DNA of 63,409 nucleotides, the filler included. It is 7 parts of 7 records of this genome, joined end to end, with 100 filler letters (N's around TTAATTAATTAA, not from the genome) between each part and the next. Parts side by side here need not be neighbours in the genome. Positions count along the whole stretch, not along the records: positions 29,408 to 39,949 come from SRR2962707_4601; 6 more parts are not named here. One strand, 5' to 3'. The position numbers and the translations under genes were made by a program. The notes beneath the pieces were generated by a model. That model saw nothing but the letters and a program-made list of their open reading frames with translations, made no database searches and was not told the origin of the DNA. Of the stretch, positions 30,676 through 40,049 are shown in pieces (the first letter of the stretch is position 1; each line of letters begins with the position of its first letter).

Positions 30676-31206
30676 ATGGTCAACAAGTTACTGGTAACCG
30701 GCGGGATTCGCTCCGGTAAGACCGGGCTGGCTGAGCAGAGGGCCAAAGCGACCGGTAACGACGTGGTTTATGTGGCGACCGCGACGGCAGGCGATGATGA
30801 AATGGCACTGCGTATCCAGCGTCACCAGGAACTGCGGCCGGACCACTGGCAGCTTGCTGAAGAGCCGCTGCGCCTGGGTCAGGTATTATCAGAGTATGCC
30901 AGCGGCCCGGGAGAACCGCCGTTGCTGTTGGTGGACTGTATGAGCCTGTGGCTGAGCAATCTGCTGTTTGCCGACGGCGCCTTGTTCCAGCCCGAACGGG
31001 CGGCCTTTCTTGAGGCGGTTGAGGTCTATCCTGGCTCCCTGGTCATTGTGACCAACGAAGTGGGGCTCGGGACCATCGGCATGGATCCGCTGACCCGTCG
31101 CTTTGCGGATGAGCTGGGCTGGCTCAATCAGGCCCTGGCCCAGCGTTGTGATGAGGTGGTGATGGCCGTGGCGGGTTTGCCACTTACCCTCAAGGCTGGT
31201 GGCTGA
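30676..31206 (+). CDS. cobU: Adenosylcobinamide kinase/adenosylcobinamide-phosphate guanylyltransferase
   Basis: VTGGIRSGKT, YVATA, RIQRHQ, VDCMSLWLSN, TNEVGLG and VAGLP. Confidence 0.95.
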   Translation: MVNKLLVTGGIRSGKTGLAEQRAKATGNDVVYVATATAGDDEMALRIQRHQELRPDHWQLAEEPLRLGQVLSEYASGPGEPPLLLVDCMSLWLSNLLFADGALFQPERAAFLEAVEVYPGSLVIVTNEVGLGTIGMDPLTRRFADELGWLNQALAQRCDEVVMAVAGLPLTLKAGG

Positions 31207-31789
31207 TCAGGCTGCGAAACACACCGAATTCGGACTGGTCCACCTGTATCCGGCTGCGGCAGGCGTAAGGCACGGCAAAGCCGGTGAATGATCTCTCCAG
31301 CGGAATGCCCAATACATTGGCCAGCACCATGCGGATCACGCCTCCGTGGCAGACCACCAAGACCCGTTTGCCGGCAAGTGTTTGCTGCCATCGATCAAAA
31401 CCATCGATGGTGCGCTGGTAGAAATCCGTCACTGCTTCACCGCCGGGGGGGCGGAAGGCGATGGGGTCCTGCCAGAAGCGGTTGAGGTGATCCCCATAGC
31501 GCTCCTGGATCCGCCCAGCGGTCAACCCTTCCCACTCACCGAAGCCAATCTCCCGGAGATCTTTTTCGATATGCAGTGGAATTCTGTGTTCGTCGGCCAG
31601 TTGCTGGGCAAAATGCTGGCATCGTTGCATGGGTGAACTGACGATGGCATCCCACTGATCACCCTCGGCGATGGCAGCTATCATCTGTTGCCACCCGGTG
31701 TCGCTCAAGGGGTCGTCTTTACTGCCCCGGAACATCTGGCCGCCTTCCGGTTCGCCGTGGCGTATCAGGTCGATTACTGTGGTGGTCAT
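31190..31789 (-). CDS. cobC: Histidine phosphatase, probable alpha-ribazole-5'-phosphate phosphatase
   Basis: LIRHGE, SSPMQRC, LREIGFGEWEG and VCHGGVIR; directly downstream of cobT. Confidence 0.8.
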   Translation of the reverse strand: MTTTVIDLIRHGEPEGGQMFRGSKDDPLSDTGWQQMIAAIAEGDQWDAIVSSPMQRCQHFAQQLADEHRIPLHIEKDLREIGFGEWEGLTAGRIQERYGDHLNRFWQDPIAFRPPGGEAVTDFYQRTIDGFDRWQQTLAGKRVLVVCHGGVIRMVLANVLGIPLERSFTGFAVPYACRSRIQVDQSEFGVFRSLISHQP

Positions 31790-31793
31790 AGGG

Positions 31794-32852
31794 CTATTCT
31801 TCCGCTTTGCCACTGACGCCAGCGTCGGTAAAACTGGCCATCCGGTTATGCAGCGCGCAGGCGGCGCGTAACAGGGGAACGGCAACGGCGGCGCCACTGC
31901 CTTCGCCCAGGCGCATGCCAAGATCCAGCAGGGGCGAGGCATCAAGTGCCTCCAGCACGGCGCTATGGCCGGGTTCGGCTGACCGATGCGCAAACAGAAG
32001 CCACTCGCGCGCAGCCGGTTGTTGATGCACGGCCACCAGTGCAGCGACTGAGACAATAAAACCGTCCACCAGAACCGGGATCCGGCGCGCGGCGCAGCCC
32101 AAGATGGCGCCGGTCAGTGCGGCTATTTCGAAGCCTCCCAGAGAGGCCAGTACCATCAGCGGATCACGGTCGGGACCATGCCGTTGCAAGGCCTTTTCAA
32201 CCACCCTCGCCTTGCGGGCAACGCCCTCGGAGTTCAGCCCTGTGCCCGGGCCAACGAGGGTGGTGGGCTGCTGCCCCAGCAGGGCGCAGGCCAGTGCTGC
32301 AGCACTGGTTGTGTTGCCTATGCCCATGTCGCCACCAATAAACAGGCGGCAGCCAGCGTTTGCGGCACGCCTGGCGGCTTCGTCGCCACTGGATAGCGCG
32401 GATTCAAGCTGGCGCGAGGACATGGCCGGTGATTCTGCCATGTTGGCCGTGGAAGGGGCGATAATCTGATCTATGACGCCCGGTAATTCCGGTACTTCGC
32501 CAACGGTACCCAGGTTGACCACTTCCAGACTGGCACCGAGTTCCTCGGCCATCACGCTGATGGCGGCGCCGCCGCTGGCAAAATTGGCGATCATCTGGGC
32601 GGTGACAGCTTGAGGAAATGCGGAAACGCCTTCAGCGCAAACGCCGTGATCGCCGGCAAACACCACCATTCGCACCGGATCAACGCTGGGTCTGTCGGTG
32701 CCGTGCAGGCCCGCTAGACTGATGGCGAGCTGTTCCAGCTGCCCGAGAGAGCCGGGTGGCTTTGTGAGCACCTGCTGACGCTCGGCGGCAAGCGCTGTGT
32801 GCTGAACCGAGGGCCGTGGGGGAGACGTGAGCCAGCTGTCGGGCAGTGCCAT
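31794..32852 (-). CDS. cobT: Nicotinate-nucleotide-dimethylbenzimidazole phosphoribosyltransferase
   Basis: [34 protein letters not shown] and MRLGEGSGA. Confidence 0.96.
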   Translation of the reverse strand: MALPDSWLTSPPRPSVQHTALAAERQQVLTKPPGSLGQLEQLAISLAGLHGTDRPSVDPVRMVVFAGDHGVCAEGVSAFPQAVTAQMIANFASGGAAISVMAEELGASLEVVNLGTVGEVPELPGVIDQIIAPSTANMAESPAMSSRQLESALSSGDEAARRAANAGCRLFIGGDMGIGNTTSAAALACALLGQQPTTLVGPGTGLNSEGVARKARVVEKALQRHGPDRDPLMVLASLGGFEIAALTGAILGCAARRIPVLVDGFIVSVAALVAVHQQPAAREWLLFAHRSAEPGHSAVLEALDASPLLDLGMRLGEGSGAAVAVPLLRAACALHNRMASFTDAGVSGKAEE

Positions 32853-32966
32853 GGCGATGGGTCCTTGTGGGCGGAAAACCGAGGATGGTCTAACCGGGAG
32901 GCAAGGCTGTCAAGTTTCGTGACTGGTCGGTTAGACTTGCCGGCAATTGAATCAGGGAGACCGGCT

Positions 32967-33926
32967 TTGGATACGTTTGTGGTTGCAGTGCTGGTGTGCG
33001 GAGCGGCGGTTTTGTTGGACTGGTTGATGGGTGAGCCCCGCCGGTGGCACCCGCTGGTGGGCTTCGGTCGGTGGGCATCCCTGTTGGAGCAACGCCTGAA
33101 TGATCAGCAGACTTTCCCGGCGCACAGCCTCTTGCTGGGGGTGCTGGCGACCCTGGTAGCGGTCATGCCAGCCGTCGTACTGGCAATTTTTCTGCAATTC
33201 CTCCTGGAGGGCTGGCTGTGGCTGCTCACTCAGGTGGCCGGTGTCTGGCTTGCCATTTCATTAAGGGGGCTGGCGGAACATGGCCGGGCGGTGTCGACTG
33301 CGTTGGCGTGCGGGGATGGTGCCAGGGCCCGGCTTGCGGTTGGCCGAATTGTCAGTCGGGATGCTGCAGCGTTGAGTGACGAAGGCGTTGCCGCCGCGGC
33401 CTCGGAATCCATGCTGGAAAACGGTGCCGATGCGGTGTTTTCAAGCGTGTTCTGGTATCTGGTCGCTGGCTTGCCCGGACTGGTTCTGCACCGGCTGGTG
33501 AACACGCTGGATGCCATGTGGGGCTACCGGACGCCACGATATCTGTATTTCGGGCGCTGTGCCGCCAGGCTTGATGACGTTATGAACTGGGTCCCTGCCC
33601 GGTTAACTGCCTTGACCTATGCGTTGCTGGGCAATACCCGGCTGGCGGTGAAATGCTGGCGTGAACAGTCCGGGGCCTGGGACAGTCCGAACGCCGGCCC
33701 GGTGATGGCAGCCGGAGCGGGCGCGCTCGGTGTCACTCTGGGCGGCCCGGCGCCGTATTCCGATGGCGTGAAGCAGCGACCGCTGCTGGGCCGTGGGCAA
33801 GGCGCCACGGCGCAAACCGTGGAGGGCGCGATTTCCCTGGTGCAGCGTGGCGTGATGTTGTGGCTGTTGGTGTTGTTGGCCTTGGCCGCAAGTCTGAATG
33901 CGTTCTGGTCAGGAGGTATCGGGTGA
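32967..33926 (+). CDS. cbiB: Adenosylcobinamide-phosphate synthase
   Basis: GEPRRWHPLVGFG, IVSRD, LENGAD, VNTLDAMWGY, ARLDDVMNWVPARL and SPNAG; TTG start after GGGAGA. Confidence 0.94.
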   Translation: MDTFVVAVLVCGAAVLLDWLMGEPRRWHPLVGFGRWASLLEQRLNDQQTFPAHSLLLGVLATLVAVMPAVVLAIFLQFLLEGWLWLLTQVAGVWLAISLRGLAEHGRAVSTALACGDGARARLAVGRIVSRDAAALSDEGVAAAASESMLENGADAVFSSVFWYLVAGLPGLVLHRLVNTLDAMWGYRTPRYLYFGRCAARLDDVMNWVPARLTALTYALLGNTRLAVKCWREQSGAWDSPNAGPVMAAGAGALGVTLGGPAPYSDGVKQRPLLGRGQGATAQTVEGAISLVQRGVMLWLLVLLALAASLNAFWSGGIG

Positions 33927-34987
33927 CAGCGTTCGATGGTGCTGATTTGCCGGAGCATGGAGGTCGCCTGAGGGCAGCGGCTCAGCACTGGGGCATTCCT
34001 CCGGAACAATGGCTGGATCTCTCCACCGGTATTAATCCTGTGCCCTGGCCGGTTCCGGCAATTCCGGCAGAGGTATGGCAACGGCTGCCGGAGCCGGAAG
34101 ATGGGCTGGAAGAGATTATCCGTATCTGGGCCGGGGCATCGGAGCGTGCCTGCTGCCTACCCGTAGCGGGTTCCCAGACGGCGATCATGGCCCTGCCAGC
34201 GGTTCGTGCCCGTAAGCATGGTTTCGGTCGGGTGGCCGTGCCCATGCCCGGTTATCGTGAGCATGGTCATGCCTGGCGGCGAGCGGGTTTCGACGTGGTG
34301 GCGATTCCTGAACAGGCGACAATGCAAGCGGAGCTGGCATGGCTGGATTCTGTGGATGTGGTGGTCTGGATACAGCCGAATAATCCGACCGGGCAGCTGA
34401 TGGATCCTGCCCGTTTACGGTTTTGGCACGAGCGGCTGCGCGAGCGTGATGGCTGGCTGGTGCTGGATCAGGCGTTTATTGAGGGCGAACCGGGCTTCGG
34501 CCTGGACCCGTGGGCGGGCGCTCCGGGGCTGATCGTGTTGCGCTCGCTGGGCAAGTTTTTCGGGCTGGCCGGTCTCCGTGCCGGTGCGGTCCTGGCCGAC
34601 CCTGGTCTGGCGCGCGAGATGTCGAACGAACTTGGTCCCTGGACGGTCAGCGGTCCGGCCCGGTACCTGATGGCCAGGGCACTGCAAGACCGGGCCTGGC
34701 AGGTGGAGGCTCGTGCCAGCCTGCAAACGGCCAGACTGCGCATGGATGGCCTGCTCAGACAATATGGGATGTCGTCCCCCACCGGCACCCTGCTCTTCAG
34801 AACGGTTCAACATCCCCGCGCAGAGGACATTGCGGACCAACTGGCTTGCCGCGGCATTCTGGTCAGGCGTTTTGACGCACCCGTAGCCCTGCGTTTCGGT
34901 TTGCCACCGGATGAAACCGGTTGGCAACGGCTGGAGGGTGCGTTGTCTGAATTAACATATCTCATTGACCACCCCCACCCTGGTTGA
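33923..34987 (+). CDS. cobD: L-threonine-O-3-phosphate decarboxylase
   Basis: EHGG, LDLSTGINP, PNNPTG and LRSLGKFFGLAGLRAG; GTG start overlapping the cbiB stop, after AGGAGG. Confidence 0.92.
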   Translation: MTAFDGADLPEHGGRLRAAAQHWGIPPEQWLDLSTGINPVPWPVPAIPAEVWQRLPEPEDGLEEIIRIWAGASERACCLPVAGSQTAIMALPAVRARKHGFGRVAVPMPGYREHGHAWRRAGFDVVAIPEQATMQAELAWLDSVDVVVWIQPNNPTGQLMDPARLRFWHERLRERDGWLVLDQAFIEGEPGFGLDPWAGAPGLIVLRSLGKFFGLAGLRAGAVLADPGLAREMSNELGPWTVSGPARYLMARALQDRAWQVEARASLQTARLRMDGLLRQYGMSSPTGTLLFRTVQHPRAEDIADQLACRGILVRRFDAPVALRFGLPPDETGWQRLEGALSELTYLIDHPHPG

Positions 34988-34993
34988 TAGTCT
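34965..34993 (+). promoter_or_regulatory. Sigma70 promoter for the riboswitch-btuB transcript
   Basis: TTGACC-N17-TAGTCT ending 10 nt before the riboswitch P1. Confidence 0.65.
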
Positions 34994-35002
34994 TGCCCGC
35001 GA

Positions 35003-35208
35003 TTTCAGGTGCTGTATGCATTTTGTCCAGGCTGGCGATAGTCCGGAGGAGTGCCTGCAGTGAAACGGGAAGCCGGTGACATTCCGGCGCTGCCCCCGCA
35101 ACGGTAATCAGGTGAAAGGCAATCCAGTACGCCACTGTGCCAATGGCATGGGAAGGTGGTTGCCCCGGAGCACAGGCTCCGCCTGTAAGCCCGGAGACCG
35201 GCCTGAAA
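35003..35208 (+). ncRNA. Cobalamin (AdoCbl) riboswitch
   Basis: Hallmark segments CAGGTGC, AAACGGGAAGCCGGTG, CCGGCGCTGCCCCCGCAACGGT, GCCACTG, GGGAAGG and B12 box AGCCCGGAGACCGGCC. P1 TTTCAGG pairs with CCTGAAA. Lies upstream of btuB. Confidence 0.96.
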
Positions 35209-35363
35209 GGCGGAACCTTGGGTTCCGGACACCAGACGTTGCGGAGGGCGACGGCGGTGGGTGAACCTGGCTCGCATTTACTGACACGCCCTCCACCCCC
35301 GTCTGAGCAGTCTGTCTTCCTCCGCAGTTAATTGATCGACCGTACGGGTGCGTGCGGTGAACC

Positions 35364-37184
35364 GTGAGTGAAGCTATGAGTACTGCCAAAGCCCTTCCCG
35401 TCCTGATGTTGTTGCCACTGGCGTTGCCTGCTGTTGCCGCCGATGAAGCGTCGGATGAACGCAAGCTGGAACCGATTGTCGTTACCGCCACCCTTGGGCC
35501 TCTGACCGCGGGTGAAAGCCTGTCATCGGTCACGGTTATTGACGAAGAAACCATCCGTGAGCAAAGCCCCTCAGAGTTCAGCCAGCTTCTGCGAGGACAA
35601 CCCGGCATCAACGTGACCGGCAACGGTTCCTTCGGAAAAACCACCAGTGTCTACACCCGAGGCACGGCCAACGACTCCACGCTGCTGCTGGTTGATGGTG
35701 TGCGCCTGCGTTCGGCCACATCCGGTGGTCCCTCCTGGCAGTACTTTCCCGTTGAACTGATTGAGCGGGTGGAAATTGTCCGTGGCGCCCGGAGCTCACT
35801 TTACGGTTCCGATGCTGTCGGTGGCGTTGTGCAGGCTTTTACGCTGGACCCGGAAGACACGCCGGCAGGTTGGGTAGAAGTCGGTGCAGGCAATTTCAAC
35901 ACGCAGAAAGGCAGCGCTGGTGTTGCTGCCCGCGCCGGAAATACCCGTTTCAGCCTGAGTGGTTTGCATAAAGAAACCGATGGTACGGCGGTGATCACCG
36001 ATGGTGACGACCGGGGCTTCCGCAACACCGCCGGTATCGGACGTGTCGTCCATGAGCTGGACTCCGGCGGAGAAGCCAGCCTGGTGATGGTGCAAAGCGA
36101 AGGCAACACCGAATACGAAGGCGGCGAAATTGATTTCATGATTCGCACCATCGGCTTCGGGCTGGAAACCCCGGTGAGTGACTACTGGCGGCATTCACTT
36201 CAGTTCTCTGAATCCCGGGACGAAACCGACAATGTTACGCCCACATTCAATAGCACCTTCAATACCCGCTCACGGGCAGCGCGTTGGGACAATACCTTTA
36301 CCTGGAATGTCCATGAGCTGGTGGTTGGGGCAGAGTTAATGACCGACGAAGTCAGCGGTACTACCGATTACGCCGAGACCAGCCGCACCAACACCGCCCT
36401 GTACAGCCAGTTGCGCCTGAACTTCGGCCCAACCGACCTTCAACTGAGTGTGCGCGGTGACGACAACGAAGCCTACGGCAAAAATGAAACCGGTGGCATT
36501 GCCCTTGGCCATGCTCTGGATCGGTCCCACCGAGTACGGATCAGTTATGGTACGTCTTTCCGGGCACCCACCTTCAACGATCTGTATTTCCCCGGAGCTA
36601 ACCCGGACCTGGAGGCAGAAGAGTCCGGAACGGTGGAGTTGGGTGCCAGTGGCCACTATCAGACCTGGTTCTGGGATGCAGCGCTGTTCCAACTGGATGT
36701 GGACAACCTGATTGCCTGGAGCCCGACCCCCAGTGGCTTGTGGACGCCAATGAACGTCAATGAGGCCCGAATCCGTGGTGCCGAGTTCAGCGCGGGTTTT
36801 GAGCGGGATGGTTGGCGCGGTGATGCGGCGCTGACGCTGCTGGACCCGGAAGACCGGGAAACCGGAAACCGACTCCAGCGCCGGAGTGGCAAAACACTGC
36901 GTCTTGACCTGAGTAAGCGCGTTGGTACCTGGGACTTCGGTGGCACAGTGGTGGCCGAAGGTTATCGTTACGATGACCGTGCCAACGACGACAGACTGCC
37001 CGGTTTTGCTACTCTGGACTTGCGGGCGGGCTGGCGCTTTGCCCCTGACTGGTCAACCCGGCTGACGCTGGCTAACGTGCTGGACAAGGAATACAGCACC
37101 GCTCGTTATGATCGGCAGAATGACCTGGACTACATTGCAGCCGGCCGCACTGCCATGCTGACCGTGCGTTACGATATCCGATAA
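35364..37184 (+). CDS. btuB: TonB-dependent cobalamin receptor (start may be ATG 35376)
   Basis: Signal peptide, TonB-box-like EPIVVTAT, LLLVDGVR, IERVEIVRGARSSLYGSDAVGGVV and FRAPTFNDLY; downstream of the B12 riboswitch. Confidence 0.92.
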   Translation: MSEAMSTAKALPVLMLLPLALPAVAADEASDERKLEPIVVTATLGPLTAGESLSSVTVIDEETIREQSPSEFSQLLRGQPGINVTGNGSFGKTTSVYTRGTANDSTLLLVDGVRLRSATSGGPSWQYFPVELIERVEIVRGARSSLYGSDAVGGVVQAFTLDPEDTPAGWVEVGAGNFNTQKGSAGVAARAGNTRFSLSGLHKETDGTAVITDGDDRGFRNTAGIGRVVHELDSGGEASLVMVQSEGNTEYEGGEIDFMIRTIGFGLETPVSDYWRHSLQFSESRDETDNVTPTFNSTFNTRSRAARWDNTFTWNVHELVVGAELMTDEVSGTTDYAETSRTNTALYSQLRLNFGPTDLQLSVRGDDNEAYGKNETGGIALGHALDRSHRVRISYGTSFRAPTFNDLYFPGANPDLEAEESGTVELGASGHYQTWFWDAALFQLDVDNLIAWSPTPSGLWTPMNVNEARIRGAEFSAGFERDGWRGDAALTLLDPEDRETGNRLQRRSGKTLRLDLSKRVGTWDFGGTVVAEGYRYDDRANDDRLPGFATLDLRAGWRFAPDWSTRLTLANVLDKEYSTARYDRQNDLDYIAAGRTAMLTVRYDIR

Positions 37185-37210
37185 TAACTGTTAAACCGGG
37201 GGAGGCCTCT

Positions 37211-38101
37211 GTGGCAGATCTGAAGGCAATGGCTTTGATTCTGGGCGGGATGCTGCTGGCATTCCCCGCCCTGGCATCGCCGGTCTGTGCCACGGATGAT
37301 CTGGGTAAAGAGATTTGCCTTGAGCAACCGGCACAACGGATTGCCGCGCTTTCCCCCGGGGCTACCGAGCTGGCCTGGGCTGCAGGAGCCGGCGATCAGG
37401 TGGTCGCAGTGGTCGCCTACAGTGACTACCCCCCGGCCGCCAAAGAAGTGACTTCCGTTGGCAGCCACACCCGCATGGACATGGAACGCCTGTTGGAACT
37501 GCAGCCGGATCTGGTGATTGGCTGGGTAACCGGCAACCCGACCGAGCAGTTGGCGACACTCAGAGAAATGGGGGTGCCTGTGTTCTCCATCGAGCCCCGC
37601 AGTTTTGAGGCTGTGTCTGACACCATTGAGCGTCTTTCTACCCTGGCCGGTACTGAAGCCGCGGGTTTTGCCGAGGCGGAGCGATTCCGCAAAGGCATTA
37701 CAGACCTGCGAGCCAGGTTTTCGGGTGCCGATGCAGTACCGGTGTTCTATCAGGTGTGGGATGAGCCTTTGATGACGGTCAACCGTGACCATCTGATTGG
37801 TGAAATGATTGAGTTGTGTGGCGGTGACAACGTGTTTGGCCACCTGGAGAGGTTGGTGCCCAGAATCAGTGCCGAAGCCGTTATTGCGGCCAATCCCGAA
37901 GCTATCCTGGCTGGCGGGATGGGGGAAGAAAACCGCCACTGGCTGACTCGCTGGCAGTCATTCCCGAGCCTGACCGCCACAGAGCGGGACAACCTGTTTT
38001 TTATCCCGCCATCTCTGGTACAGCGACCAACACCGAGAATGCTCGAAGGTACGCGCCTGTTTTGTGAGAAACTGGAGGTGGCCCGTGACCGGCGACCGTA
38101 A
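37211..38101 (+). CDS. btuF: Cobalamin-binding periplasmic protein
   Basis: AQRIAALSPGATE, YSDYP, ERLLELQPDLVI and RPTPR. Confidence 0.9.
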   Translation: MADLKAMALILGGMLLAFPALASPVCATDDLGKEICLEQPAQRIAALSPGATELAWAAGAGDQVVAVVAYSDYPPAAKEVTSVGSHTRMDMERLLELQPDLVIGWVTGNPTEQLATLREMGVPVFSIEPRSFEAVSDTIERLSTLAGTEAAGFAEAERFRKGITDLRARFSGADAVPVFYQVWDEPLMTVNRDHLIGEMIELCGGDNVFGHLERLVPRISAEAVIAANPEAILAGGMGEENRHWLTRWQSFPSLTATERDNLFFIPPSLVQRPTPRMLEGTRLFCEKLEVARDRRP

Positions 38102-38113
38102 CGGAGCCCTTGC

Positions 38114-39085
38114 GTGATCCGGCCGATCACTTTGCCACTGTTGGTGCTGGCTTTGGCCGGCGTGCTGGCCATGGTGATCTCGGTCGGTGTTGGCAGCGTG
38201 GCGATATCACCTGCTGATGTGCTGTCGGTGTTTCTGGGTGAAGGCTCGAATCTCCAGCGCACGCTGATCCTTGAACTCCGGCTACCCAGAACCTTGTCGG
38301 CCTTTGCCACCGGAGGTTTGCTGGCCGTGGCCGGGGCCCTGATGCAGGTATTGCTGCGTAACCCGCTTGCCGATCCCTATGTTCTGGGCCTGTCCGGCGG
38401 CGCCGCTGTTGGTGCGTTGCTGGCGATGCTGGCGGGACTTGGCGGCGCGGTTATTTCCGGTTCTGCCTTTGCCGGTGCCCTGCTCGCGACCTTGATGGTG
38501 TTTGGGCTGGCCCATGGCACTGGCAGCTGGACGCCCTCCCGCCTGTTGCTGACCGGGGTGGTGGTGGCCGCTGGCTGGGGTGCGGTGATTACCCTGATGT
38601 TGGCGATCAGCCCGGCCCGGGAGTTGCCGGGCATGCTGTACTGGCTGATGGGCGATGTTTCTTACGCCCGGATACCATGGCCCGGACTGGGATTGTTGAC
38701 TGTTGTTTGTGTTCTGGTGGTGCCACTGGGTCGGAGCCTGAATGTGTTGGCTCGGGGACCGATGCAGGCGGCGGCATTGGGTATTTCGGTGCGCCCGCTG
38801 GAATGGCTGATTTACATTCTCGCCAGCTTGCTCACCGCCACGGCGGTCACCATGGCGGGCAGCATAGGCTTTGTCGGCCTTGTGGTTCCACATATGCTCC
38901 GGCTGGTGTTGGGCAATGATCAGCGACTGATTCTGCCAGCCTGTGCCTTGGCTGGCGGCACCCTTCTGGTGCTGGCGGATACCCTGGCGCGGGTGGTGAT
39001 CGCGCCGGAACAGCTACCGGTGGGTGTGATCACCGCGTTGCTGGGTGTACCTACGTTCCTGTACCTGCTGTACCGGAGTCGGTGA
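38114..39085 (+). CDS. btuC: Cobalamin ABC transporter permease (FecCD family)
   Basis: LRLPR, LLRNPLADPYVLGLSGGA, GSIGFVGLVVPH and LPVGVITALLG. Confidence 0.9.
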   Translation: MIRPITLPLLVLALAGVLAMVISVGVGSVAISPADVLSVFLGEGSNLQRTLILELRLPRTLSAFATGGLLAVAGALMQVLLRNPLADPYVLGLSGGAAVGALLAMLAGLGGAVISGSAFAGALLATLMVFGLAHGTGSWTPSRLLLTGVVVAAGWGAVITLMLAISPARELPGMLYWLMGDVSYARIPWPGLGLLTVVCVLVVPLGRSLNVLARGPMQAAALGISVRPLEWLIYILASLLTATAVTMAGSIGFVGLVVPHMLRLVLGNDQRLILPACALAGGTLLVLADTLARVVIAPEQLPVGVITALLGVPTFLYLLYRSR

Positions 39086-39879
39086 TGGGCGCCATGCAGA
39101 GCCGCCACATGCAGACCCTGAGTACCCGGAACCTGGTGATTGATATTCCCGGCCGCGCCGATGGCTACCCGCTGGATTTAACCATCGGCTCCGGTCAGAT
39201 CTGGGGCGTGCTCGGACCCAACGGTGCCGGCAAGACCACTTTGCTGCATACGCTCGCAGGCCTTCGGCCGCCTCGCGCTGGTGCCCTGTATCTTGATGAT
39301 GTTTCGGTATCCGGAATAAAACCCCGTGTGTTCTCTCAACAGCTGGGACTGGTTTTCCAGGACCGGCAGGATGGCTTCCCGGCAACGGTAATGGAAACCG
39401 CGCTGATCGGTCGCCATCCCTGGCTGTCTCCGTGGCAGATGGAGGGGGCAGCCGATCTCGCTATGGCGGAAAGGGCACTTGAAGCACTGGATGTCCTGCA
39501 CCTGAAAGACCGCCTGGTCAGCACCCTTTCTGGCGGCGAACGCCAGCGAGTCGCGATTGCCACCCTGATGACCCAGTCGCCTCATACCTGGTTGCTGGAC
39601 GAACCGACAAATCACCTGGATCTGCATCACCAGGTGGCCGTCATGAAACTGCTCACCGACCGTGCGGCAGCAGGGAACGCGATTTTCATGTGCCTGCACG
39701 ATCTGAATCTGGCTGCCCGCTGGTGTGATCATATTCTGCTGATGTACCCCAATGGCGAAGCTTGCTGGGGCCCGGCAGAAAGGATGCTGGTGCCGAACGC
39801 TCTGGAACGTTTGTACAACCAGCAACTGGCAACGGTGGAAGTGGATGGCGCGCCTTTTTTTGTGCCGAGACGAACCTGA
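39082..39879 (+). CDS. btuD: Cobalamin ABC transporter ATP-binding protein
   Basis: GPNGAGKT, LSGGERQR and LLDEPTNHLD. Confidence 0.9.
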   Translation: MMGAMQSRHMQTLSTRNLVIDIPGRADGYPLDLTIGSGQIWGVLGPNGAGKTTLLHTLAGLRPPRAGALYLDDVSVSGIKPRVFSQQLGLVFQDRQDGFPATVMETALIGRHPWLSPWQMEGAADLAMAERALEALDVLHLKDRLVSTLSGGERQRVAIATLMTQSPHTWLLDEPTNHLDLHHQVAVMKLLTDRAAAGNAIFMCLHDLNLAARWCDHILLMYPNGEACWGPAERMLVPNALERLYNQQLATVEVDGAPFFVPRRT

Positions 39880-39949
39880 CCTCGAGCCTTGTGCAGCAAC
39901 CGGTGGCGGGGTGTGCCTCCCGGGACACGCTGTAAATACGTCCCTGTAC

Positions 39950-40049
39950 NNNNNNNNNNNNNNNNNNNNNNNNNNNNNNNNNNNNNNNNNNNNTTAATTA
40001 ATTAANNNNNNNNNNNNNNNNNNNNNNNNNNNNNNNNNNNNNNNNNNNN
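39950..40049. other. Artificial contig spacer
   Basis: N44-TTAATTAATTAA-N44. Confidence 0.98.
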
